A DNA stretch of 64,000 bases from Bispira polyomma (lineage: Eukaryota): the NCBI GenBank assembly GCA_965649765.1, contig OZ287756.1, positions 1,178,001-1,242,000 of the forward strand, given 5' to 3'. Shown in pieces: positions 52,383 through 64,000 of this stretch (position 1 is its first letter; the number at the start of each line of letters is the position of its first letter). The notes beneath the pieces are model-generated. The model was not told where the DNA came from, did not search any database, and was given only the letters and a program-made list of their open reading frames with translations. Both the position numbers and the translations under genes were made by a program.

Positions 52383-53280
52383 GTACCTGTTAGCAATGTG
52401 ATACTACTTGTAGCGATGTGCCCAATGCAGAACAGTCCCTAAATGCTTTAGTGTCACTAGCTGGATCTTCAAGAAACCCCAGGGTGTTTTATAGCCAGTT
52501 TGAAGCTATGTGTATGTCAGAACAGATATATCACCCATTTCATTATTTCTGCTATGATTCTGTTGCAAAGAAAAATTTCAGACACTTTGAAATGAAAATT
52601 CTTGTCTTCAAGAACTTTCATCACAAAAAAAGAAATAAATGTGATGTTATTTTACAACAAACAAATTTATTGTCCTGTTTGACTCTTTTTGACTGTGATT
52701 TCTTCTTGCAATTTTTGAAATGAGCACAATACATACTTTATAGTCTTTAATTCATAGAGCAGCAAAAATTGCATTTTCATATTAAAACAAAACAACTCTT
52801 TTATATTTGTGGTTCTTCCAAAACTTAATTCAAAACAAAAGACAAATGTGGTTGTTCTTCTACCTAATATATTTGCAAATTTTTCAGCGCATAATTAAAG
52901 GTTCTTCTATAACTTCTTTATACTGATTTTTAAAACATACTGAAGTAATGTCATTTCTATATTAAAAACATTCTTCTGTGACAATTTGAATGCTAATGTG
53001 CTTCTTTAGAAACTTTTATTGCAAGATATTTGATTAATTTGACGCTACCTAACAAAGAATATACGCGTTCTGTTGCTTTGCAAGCTAGTTTTTTTAAAGT
53101 TTTTTACAATGTCTGCAGCACATAACTTATAAACCTCCTTAATATATAGTTCTCTTAAAACATGCCGAAACAACAATGATATTTCTATATTTAAACAAAA
53201 CTACTCCATTGTGACAATTTTATGTTGTTTAACAGCTCATAAATCTATCATGTAACTGGTTTCTCTTTTTGTAAATAATG
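52383..53280 (-). pseudogene. Decayed coding-like segment ending in an ankyrin-like motif; inverted homologue of 61100-61900
   Basis: LGTVLHWAHRYK*YHIAN; colinear nucleotide similarity to 61100-61900 by eye. Confidence 0.45.
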
Positions 53281-56200
53281 CAGCACATAAATTATAACCC
53301 TCTTGATTTTATCGTTATTTTTAAACTTATTGATGAAAAAGATTGTATTTCTATATTTAAACAAAACAATTATTTGTATGTTGTTTATTTCAGTGAAGGG
53401 AGCATTGTTAACCAGATTTTTAATGATGACATTTTACAGAAAACATTTGAGAGCACGCTGCACTTTTTTGAATTCCCACTGTTCACGTGAAGAGCACGTT
53501 TAAATCGGTAAAAAAAGTATTGTGTTTAAGCGATTGGCCTAGTTTGTGTGGAGATAACACTCCCCTCCTTTGCAGTTGTGCTCAATTCTGTGTGAAAAAG
53601 TGGGCAGTAGAATTGCTGAAGGTTGATGGTTTGGGGACAGCAATATAGATGAACTGTTCATGTGTACTAGATATTACTCCCTCAAGAAAATTTCTGTAAA
53701 GCGATATAATTAGTAGTTTTTAAAAGCCCTGTTAAAAATTTTATCTTTCGGGTGTAATGCCAAAAATATGGAAATGGATAGTGATCCAGAAGATACAGAT
53801 TACATGATTTAAAACCAAAATTTATATCCACTGGATTGAACATTTTGAATACAATAACGACAACATTGATGTCTTAATATATTATGTTTACCTACTGACT
53901 AGCGAGGAAGGTGCAGGGGATCGAGCATCAGTTGGTTTTATGCAGTTAATTAATGGTCAGATGGTTATTCCATCCTTTTTGTGCATCCTATAACTCCTCC
54001 ACACAGTGTGAATCAAAGCACTGATCATTACTTTCATGGTTCATACTCCAAAGCCATGTACCCCAGGTGTCTCTGGTTCAGTACAAGGGTGATTGAATAG
54101 AAATGACCTGAGTCTCTTTCAATAGACATATGTGTCACATCACAATTTGAATCCATGTCGGTAGAATTTGGAGGTGTTACCAGTAGACCATGGAGGCCAC
54201 AACAACCGACAATAGGTAAACTAGCTCTAATTTCTAGAGAAAGGCAATTGATGAATAACAAAATATTTCTCTCTTGCTTTTCATACCGTCATACTGCCAA
54301 TGCTATATTCATACTACGAATAGTGGTGTTCAACACAACCAAAACATGTATTAAATAATGCTAGGGCTGGCTTTGTCAGAGTCCCTCTAAAGGAATCAGC
54401 AGTGCAGTAATGGGGATGTGGCTCGGTGTTGGAATTTAGTTTAAATTACAACTAGTGAGCTTGCAAAACAATTCCAGTAATTTCATGTCATTCAAAATTT
54501 ACACAAACCTAATTGATTATTAAAAACATGAACAGCTCGATAAGTGTACTCTGTTTTCAAAGACAAACATGGATCCTGACCTATACTGTAATGACTGGCA
54601 TGTATATACAGTAACATCCAATATACAGGCTTGATAGACAATAGATGACAATAGATGTCACTCTAAAAAAACTCAAATACACAGTTTTGATAACAATTGA
54701 TGTCATAATTTTTTTCTCTATAGTGTCTGCTGCAGTTATATTGCTATTTTACCGCTGTGCGATAAGTTCATGCTTCATGGTGCATGGTGATGTGCATGGT
54801 GATAATTTGCAAAGGGTATTGTTGAAGCTGCCAAGCCTATGTTGTGTAATTTAGTGTAGCTAGTAAATCTGGCACTGTCTGCTATATGCATTTATCACAA
54901 GTAAAAAATATTTCTCGTAATTCACAGAGATCGCTGATGGTTGAAAGAGCTTTGTATTGAGACTTGTTTTACAGTTGAATGTCAAAAATAATGATGCAGT
55001 TCCAATGTACAAGTTGTTGAATCAAAACTACGGGCTGGAGTTAGTTTACTCGAGTGATGAGGAAGTTTAAATGTAACATATTACAAAACATTGCATCAAG
55101 GTGTTCATTAATTAAATGTCTTTGTTTGAAGAATTCCAAAAAGACAATATCTATCTGCGATGTATATTGTTCTGCCTGTATTTAAAAGTTGACAATCTTT
55201 TCTCTCAAAACAAAGGTCCAAAAAAAACTACTTCCATCACTGACATCATGATCAACTAGAGAACTGTTTTATTGCATACAGGGAAGAGACACTTGCATTC
55301 CATTTACATCTGTGTACATCTGGGTTGAATTAATGGTTTATCATGATGACAATAAGTTTAAAATGAAGATGAACCATAACAAAGAAACAAAAGAAACATA
55401 TTTAACATAGAAACATGTAATTCATTTTCTTAAACATTTTGTTTTGTTTTGGATACAACCCAGCCCAAGGAATATTTTTGTTTTGGATAGAACCCAGCCC
55501 AAGGAATATTGACTTCAGATAATTTTTATGAATTTTTAGATGCAGGAAAAAATAATTTCTCTAACAGTTTACTGCATTAAGTATCAGTAACAACAAATTG
55601 CAGGATGACATTTTAAATTTTACAGTGAATAACCTACCAAACTTTAACACAACTAGTGGTAGTGTCAGAAAAATAATCGCTGATTTACACTGCTTTGTCG
55701 AGTGTTGAATTTTTTTTTTTTTTGTTTGTTTTCCCATATATATGCTACACAACAGAACAGGTACATATTGTAAACAGGTATATAGTTAGTATATATTTAT
55801 ACGAGTTAAAAACATGTAACTTCTTACAATGTCGAAAAATAAACTTTTTTAGAATTTTTTTTTTTTGAAATTAGAGTGCTGAATTTCATAATGTGCCTAA
55901 ATTTCGTCCACTTGATTTGATAGTTAGATGGTTCTATGCAAACTTAAATGGTATGTAAACAAATACCTCATCATAACAAGGGTTTTAAGTACAAACATGT
56001 GAAGTGAATCGCCATTAAATAAAAAGAATTATAATAAATCTCAGGCACTTTGCCAAACAACAAATCAAATTAAATACTATATATGTAGTCATTGATCGAA
56101 TTTTGGCTCAGGTGTGCAGGTCTCAAAGTAGGTAATGGACTTGCCAAAGGCCAGCGGTTGGAGAGCGGTTAACCTTGACTAATTACCCTGTTTTGATTTG

Positions 56201-56926
56201 CCCCACTTGGGAGCTACCCATTGGAATAAAACCCTAATTAAACCTTAACTAAGCCATCTATGTATTGGGATAAATGTTCGACTAGCGATTTATCAGACTG
56301 CATGGACACTAGTGAACAAACAGTGGGCGATGTAAGTGATTTTGTAGAGACAGATATGAAGTTTTTCACCTAAACCAAGTAGCAAACTCGGAAGGCAGTT
56401 AAGAGACTACTGCTTCGAAGATATGGCCGCGACTTGGTGTTTCTTGGCGAATTATTTTCTCTTAAAAGCACTATTTCCTTTTTGAAGTTGTAAACAGAAC
56501 TAAGGACAACTTTCACCCTTTTGGCTACTCGACAATATACAATGTATACAATTAATATAAAATTGATGAACTTGAGTTTTACCAACTTTAAACAGGTTAT
56601 GTCATGACTAGAGTAGGACCCACATTGGTGAGAGACTAATGATTTGTGAAGGTAATGGCTTTACTGACCAAGCTACAGTGATGCCTGTCGATATGCAATA
56701 TTATTGAAATCTAAATTTATGTTGCCTAAAATTATTTAGACAGGACCCATGGGCCCCTCGGTGCAGAATAGGCAGTATTTGGTTGTAGACAGGTTGTAGT
56801 TATGTAGAAGAAGATGTAAACATTAATTATAAAAAAGAGTATTTCTTGTTGATCAAGAAAGTATGGGCAGCAGTGATTGGATGACACATTAAACCAAATA
56901 CAATATCCTTTATTTAGTGCTATTAC

Positions 56927-57013
56927 CCCTACAGTGCCTACTCACCATAGTGTCATTCTCTGTACACCCTACAGTGCCTACGCACCATAGTGTCATTCTC
57001 TGTACACCCTACA
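56927..57013. repeat. 40-bp tandem duplication
   Basis: ccctacagtgccta(c)(t/g)caccatagtgtcattctctgtaca, 2 copies. Confidence 0.9.
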
Positions 57014-57899
57014 TACTTCATTACGAAATTGGCTATAATTTTGGACTTTTCTATTGGTTTACTGATTCTGTTGTTGTACTTTAGGGGATGCCTAGCACCA
57101 ATTAGGGGCGTTAAACATCCAAATATAATACAATATTTTTGTAACTTTGTAATTGTAAGTTTATAGATGATACACAGGTTAACAACGTTGTTAACTTGGA
57201 AGTGCAAAAGAATTTAACATTTTGATTTGATGTGTTTTAGTATTTTATAGTTGTAATTCATTTTACAACTCCCTTTACAATACCACGTGGTAAAATAAAA
57301 TTGTATCAGTGTTCTGTGTGTCTGCAAAAAACATGAAAGACTGTAGTCAAGTCACAAGTAGCAGGCCTGTAGGGTCAGCTTTGCAAGTGTAGTGACTTCT
57401 GTTGGTCCAGCAGTTTCTCAGGAATCCCTTCTCAGTCATAAGTCAAATACTCGACCAATACTACAAGCACTAAACCAGAAAATGGACATAATAGATGAGC
57501 GATCAAGGTCATGAAGGCAACGTTGTGAGGTCAACCCAGCCCTAAAAAGGCATGTACAAGTAATACCTCAGTGAGTGTTTGTACTGAGAATATTGGCAAT
57601 AGTAATGCCTTAAAAAGTATTGTATTAAAATCCCAACGTAAAATCATCAAATTGATTTAATGTGCCCATTCCATCAGGTGTTCACAGACACAAGGCAATT
57701 ACACCATTTTACAAAACTATACATTTACATGGTTAATTATAGACTTTAACAAGTAGATATGACTTTAATGCTGATTTAAGAATGTCTTTAGATGCAATGA
57801 GTCTAAGACTAGCTTAGCTTCAGTATTTTGCACCCTTTGAAGGTTTTTTATAAGATGGTCATGGAAACCATATAATAAACGGTTGTTTAGGTCCAGTTT

Positions 57900-58800
57900 T
57901 GATTTAACAAAAGCATGCACAAGTGGAATACCTCCCACCTCTCTTTAATAAACGTCTTTATTGACCTCCGAACTTTGTTTTGTCAGGAAGTCAAAATGTT
58001 TGGCTGTCATATAACGACCTGTCACTGTTTAAATTTATTGCTGGTTTTATAAGGTGTGTTCAGAAACAAAAACCCACTGACGTTTGTGAGTCTATACTGG
58101 ATGCTGACGATTTTCCTGGGATGCTGCAAATGCATGTTATACCATACTCTTATTGTAGCAATCGGCGCCAGATTCCCAGGATAGACTGTACACCTCATGG
58201 CTCTCCGAGTTTTAGTACCCTTAGGTTTTCCGGTTCACCGCAAGGTTACAGAGATTTTTCTAAGAATAGGAGTGAGGCTGAGTAAGCAAGTTTGAAAGTA
58301 ACCGCAGGGATCCGCCGGAAAGTATGGGTAGATAGCTTTGGTAATTGATGAATGAGAAACCCTCTTTCATCCAGAGATACTCAACTCACAGATTAACCAA
58401 TAGGGTAGTTTGTAACTGTTTTTGGTGGGATGATCTAGGGGGACTTTTGGATGCCTCATTGTAGATTTTTGGTGCGTGGATTTTGGTGGGACAGGACATA
58501 GTGTCAATAATAGGTATGAATTTTTACATATCTTAATATGTGAGTTCTTATCAGGTTTGATGGGGATAGTTGGGTGCCGTCGGATAGTAGGTAATCATCT
58601 CATCATTATTCTAGATTTATTATAACAAAATCATGTAAACTTGTAGGCTCTAAAATTATTATTTTGAACTTTAGGTTTTGTAAGAGAGGTATCAAGTTCT
58701 CAGGTAAAAGGCCCTTATTTGTGATCTTGACCTCCATTGGCTAATTCCATTCATCCTGGACCTACATGTCTGGAAAATGTATTTTTAACTTCATTTATTA
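57900..58800 (-). mobile_element. Possible highly decayed Penelope-like element (linker plus GIY-YIG)
   Basis: Broken-frame peptides ITYYPTAPN, PPK..PKNL, IQY..TKRQ..SEH, AKHF occur in the expected order. Confidence 0.3.
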
Positions 58801-61099
58801 TCATACTTGATATAAAATACTTTTTTTCTATGCTGGTCAGTTTCCCTGTTTAGACCATGGGAGTGTCTTGAGTGCAGATGGGCAGGATTGGTATTTTTAT
58901 TTATTCATTCAGGCGACTGAACACCTGTTGGGTAGCAACTTCCGGGGGATAGGTGCATGGAAATGTGGCTGGGGAGTATACCTAGACAGTCACAGGGCTA
59001 GGGTAGTTCATCCAGGGTAGCCCCTGCTTGTGGGCAGTTTCTGAGAGGGCTCTAAGGTGGGTAGCCAGGAATGAACCCTGCACCTATTTAAAAGTTATTC
59101 ATTATCCATTAATTTAACATTCATTTCATGGAGTTGTTTCCTTCCTTTTTCCTGTCTAAATCCACGGGTTGGGATATAGTGCTAATGGCAGGTACCCTTG
59201 GGTTGGGACAGTCGGGTAGATTTCGGCCGGCTGTATCTCAGCTTTGGCCAGGATTCAGTTTCCTGTGGCCTCCTCACTGTAACCACTCTGGGTGATACTA
59301 TTACCGATAGCACTAAGGGTGGTATTATGGGTTGGGAAATGGTTATGGTAATGGTAGGGATTTATTGTTGGGATATTAGTGTATTAAGTGGTGTAGATTT
59401 GTATATTGTAATATGTTAATCATACACATATGTAATGGTTACGCATCTAGGTGTGTATGATCATTTAAAGATAAATATTTTAATAACCTTATTAGTTAAT
59501 TTGGTCAATACTAAAAAGTTAGTAAACCTGACACGGAGTTTCTGACACGGAGTTTCTATTTTGATTTAAATGTTATTATAAATTATTGAATTACCTGGAA
59601 TACCTGGATAAATTGTTGTGGATTATCACAGTACCTTTTAATTTTGTGTTGACTATATTTTGTGGATTATATGTGTTATCTTTACAAATGTTCCTATATG
59701 AAAATATATTCCCCTGTAAATTTTAACCAGGAAGCTGTGTGGATGTGTTTCAGACCACACTTCAAGACTAGTAGTATCAGGGCAGACCAAGTACAGGCTT
59801 GGCTCTCTCTCCACATTATTGCAAGTAAAATAGGGTTGTATCACAAAGTATCATCTTTGATTATTCTCATTATTAATATACACGTATATATATTTATATA
59901 TATAACCTATGATAAATTTTCTGGATTGGTTATTAATTATAAATTTAACTTGTTACTACTTAATTGGGGAACTCATCTTGCAAATTCAATGTTTGTTTGT
60001 TTGAATTATTCACTAGATTGTTATTTTTATTTATCATCCGTTTGGGACTGTTCTATTATAATAAATAATAACCTGACACATATTTTGCAATCTTTCTGTT
60101 TTATCGTAATCATACATAAGTGAAATACCTTAATATAATTTCAAATGCTTTTAATAATGTTCTTTCTCGCATTACTTTTTGTGGTTGTTGTTATTAATCC
60201 TATACTTTTTGCTTTTATCACTGGATTTCTTTATTTCTTGAATTTTCTTTGATATTAAATTCTGGCACCTTTGGTTGCATTTACTAAATTTACTCACCCT
60301 TACATGATTTATGTATATGTGGTTTGTCTAAATCTATGTAACATTAACCAACCTTGTAGTTAGACAGGCTTACATGGACTGATGTGGATTACATTGACAG
60401 AATATGACTAGCACACACCCAACGTCACATTTTCCCTCAGTTTATGGTAATAATGTCAATAGTCCAAACATCAGCTTTTAGACTGGCAGTAAAAGTGAAG
60501 ATTGTTCAAAACTCAGGGTAAAGTACCAGATGTTATATGTAGGTAATTTCCAAAAAGTATTTGTAAATTTAATGGCAGTCATAGAACTGACGACCAGATA
60601 TTTAAACATATCTGTGAGATTTGTGATGGTTCACAAGTGTGACAGCAAAAAGGCTACAAAAACTGAATGCTCACTGCAGGCATGCTGTGCAACTTTTCCA
60701 GAGTTGGAGCAATAGTAAATATTTAATGGTAAATAATACTGGACAGCAAGTCTATCAAAGCAGTACTAATCGTCTAAATTGTTTTATCAATTCTGTATTT
60801 AGTAGTGACAAATGATTGGGCCAAAAACAATTTATCTAACCAGTCATTGAGGATTAGATTCTTGCATTTTTAAATAAATCTATGTTACTTGTTTTTTTTA
60901 TATAAATAATATGACAATACTCTTGCCTAAACATACTTCCACTATGATAACGGAAGTATTACAGTCTGTAGACAAGCAGAATTGTAACTATTTTAATTAC
61001 ACAAAATTATGTATACTTAGCAAGAGTGATGATTTAGCAGAATTGGTGTCATAAATTGTTTTCCTCGATAAAAATACATAAAAAATGTAACTACAATTC

Positions 61100-61900
61100 T
61101 GCAAGTCAAAGCATTGCCAATCCTCTATGCAAGAATTGTCACAATAGGGATGCTTTGTTTAACTATGGAAATGTAAGTATTGCTCAAATATATTTAACAG
61201 AACTATAAATTCAAAAGGTTTATGAATTATGTGTCGCAAACAATGTAAACATTTAAAAAGCAGCAGAATAGGTCTTTACTTTGTTTAGTAGCATCAAATT
61301 CACAAAAGACTTGCAAAGAAAGTTTAACAAAGAAGTAACAATACCATTCAAATTCTGAAAAAAGGGTTTTCAATATAAAGGTGAAATTATTACTTCAGTA
61401 TATTTACAACCAACCGTAAAGATGATTTAAAGTGATATAAATTATGTGATGTTAAGACAAAGCTGTCAACAGTCCTTTATTATATCAAATCTATCAACTT
61501 GCTGAAGAAGCCTATTGTATCATCTAGAATCACAAAAGCGTTGTTTTGTTTCAATAGGGGAATGTCAGTGTGCTTTAGCTATAAATGAATAAGTCTTTTA
61601 AATGATATGTTTGCCTGTTGCAAAGTTTTAAACAATAATATAGCTTTAAAAAACAGAAAAATAGATTTGATTGTTAAATGCAAGATTTATTGCTCTAATT
61701 GGGTTGCAAGTTCCTTGCACATGTTTTTCTTCTTAAAAGGCAAAACAAGAATTTTAAAAAGAACGATAGCATCAAGGAAAGGGTAAAATATCTGGTTATG
61801 AAATACCCATTGTATCTGAAAAAGAAGTTGGTGACACAATCATTTTGGAACACTTCTGCATTGGGCAGAGCGCTACTGATATCATATTGGTAAACAGGTA
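61100..61900 (+). pseudogene. Decayed coding-like segment ending in an ankyrin-like motif; inverted homologue of 52383-53280
   Basis: FGTLLHWAERY*YHIGKQ followed by a GT donor-like site; colinear similarity to the reverse complement of 52383-53280. Confidence 0.45.
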
Positions 61901-63280
61901 GAGTAGATTGGGGCTTTGACTTTGTTGTTTACTTCAGTTAGTTTTGATATGGTTTAAATTGTTGTTTGGTACAGATATAATATTGTTTATAACTCGTTCA
62001 TTTTATATGACAATGTGCAATTTATAGTGGTGACAGGGAGCAGGACAGTTTGATCAGGTCATCTGTTCTGAAAAATACCGACCTTCAGCAAGTCTCTTCC
62101 AAACTCCTTACTTACACAACGGGGATAATATTCAACCAATGAGTCCAGGTGGCATATCAATAGCAGTTTCAACGATAAATAATTTAATTTGTGGTTAAAC
62201 AATGTAAGTCAGACTTGTTTGTTGTTTTAAATATTTAATGGCAATTTCCTCAACATATTTATTTCTTAAACATTTCCAACGTTCATGCCGTAGCAGAAAT
62301 TCCAAACTTACAACTTCAGGCTTGTGATCTGTATAAATAATTTCTTTGAATTACTGTAGTGGGCACTTTCATTGTTTGCAGTTAGGTTGATATAGATGTT
62401 TTGATAAACAAGAATAGCCTTTTAAAAAGGCAGGTAGAGAGGTGGCTTTATGTAAGTCTGTGATAGTTATTTAATTGATAACGACCAATTGACTGTGTAT
62501 TAGGACCAATTATAATTTAGCACAAAGATGCCTGGCATTACTATGTAAATTAAATATCAATATCAAATAACAATATCAATATTGTTTATCTAGACTTTAA
62601 CAGGAAAGTTTGACGGTAAAAGAACAGCCAAGACAAAGGTAATGTATTCATCCCTATAGAATTATGTAACCCGCCATTCAAAAAAATCCTATTAAAGAAC
62701 CCACTTTAAGAAAACTGCTTAATTTTTCCAGAGCAAGTCCATTGGTTGGAATGGATCATTGTCCAAAGTAAATTGTACTTTTACTTACTTCGTCCAACTG
62801 ACCTAAACTGGTCAGATGTTACAAATAGAATTGACAGTACACATCGAAGCACTTTTGCCATCTAACAAAATCTAAGAATCAAAATCACCCACTTTTGCTT
62901 ATTAACCCACCCAAAAATCACTTTTGTCGAAATGAGCCACTCCTATTAATTGACCTATTATTGATCCAGAATGAACCATTTTCATTTGTGTAGAATGACC
63001 CATTGTCATTGGGTAAATTCAATTTACCATACGTTACCCCTCAAACAAATCTACGCCGACTTTGAAGCCATCCAGCAACTTCACTACTAAAATGATCCAT
63101 TTGTACACTCCTATTGGTGAAAGTCACACAACAAAACTGCATCGTTACTAGTTTTTTGTAAACAACTATCTCATTCAACTGTAATCAAGTTTCACAATAC
63201 AAAGATCTCAACAGCCATAGAGGAAATCTGTAATTAATAGAACCTACTCTTCACTTGTGCTAAGTGGCAGACACAAATAC

Positions 63281-63409
63281 CATACTCAAATACACATCAT
63301 AAGAGTCAGAGGTTCAACACAGGCCTTTAGAATTGATCACCATGCTCAAATACACATCATAAGAGTCAGAGGTTCAACACAGGCCTTTAGAATTGATCAC
63401 CATACTCAA
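63281..63409. repeat. 60-bp tandem duplication
   Basis: 63281-63340 equals 63341-63400 with one mismatch, plus a partial third unit. Confidence 0.95.
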
Positions 63410-64000
63410 GCTCCCTCAACTTTTTAGCCCAAGTGTAAAAAAGATATACAGCAGCAGCAGACGCTAGGAACATCATTTCTCTATAATGACATATATTGTT
63501 ATCAAATGCAAAGTCCATTCTATTTGGCATACATTCTACTCATTACTCTGTAAAGGTTGGAATCAATGTTAGTATATAGTCTTTGAAAACAGGCTACCTG
63601 CTTAAATTGCACAACAAACGTTTTACTTATAGTTTTAGGTTTTATATTGTATACTTTTTGCCAAGTTCCCCGTTTCGTGCAAAGAAAGATGTCATCTAAT
63701 ATGACTATTAAAGCACTATCTATGGCTAATAAATGCTCTCTTCACTTACAAATAAGTAGGTCAATTTGTATATTAAGTGACTAATGGTGTCTTTATTTTA
63801 CCAAGAATGTTCAATCCAGTAAACGTTTATTTTGGTTTTACATGTGTTTACATTTTACTCTCTCACACATATATGTCTGGACCAATAATTGAGCACAGCA
63901 GCTCCAGGGGATGAGTGGGTGATCGCCACACCAATGAGGCCCGTAACTTAATCACATTGATTCATTTTACTGATTTCCACACTCTTAAAACATGCTCTTT

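Noticed and set aside
59662-60123. 153-aa hydrophobic ORF
   Set aside because: Low-complexity AT-rich sequence with no motif.

Overview
AT-rich, intron-containing animal genomic DNA; the gene and transposon content is most consistent with a marine invertebrate such as a mollusc (inference). Five host genes can be assembled by hand with consistent GT-AG splice phases: three two-exon GT31 beta-1,3-galactosyltransferase-like paralogues (6082-8212 +, 24249-25676 +, 43917-42707 -), a six-exon HSPA12-type Hsp70 (14541-19429 +) and a secreted globular-head C1q-domain gene (50881-49545 -). There is also an inverted GT31 pseudogene fragment. The centre (about 25.9-42 kb) is a nest of mobile elements. 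An old L1/Tx1 LINE is split by a tyrosine-recombinase (DIRS-order, split-direct-repeat) retrotransposon. That element contains a second, inverted DIRS-order element, which in turn contains a solo LTR whose twin lies in a GT31 intron. L2/CR1-type LINEs, SINEs, MITEs, minisatellites and a 200-N gap make up much of the rest. The most interesting signals are an apparent expression programme shared by the DIRS copies (a slippery-site plus hairpin -1 frameshift signal at the gag/pol junction, and phase-matched splice sites that would fuse Gag to the tyrosine recombinase) and loss of the DxD motif in two GT31 paralogues with intact reading frames. All comparisons were made by eye; no searches were run.
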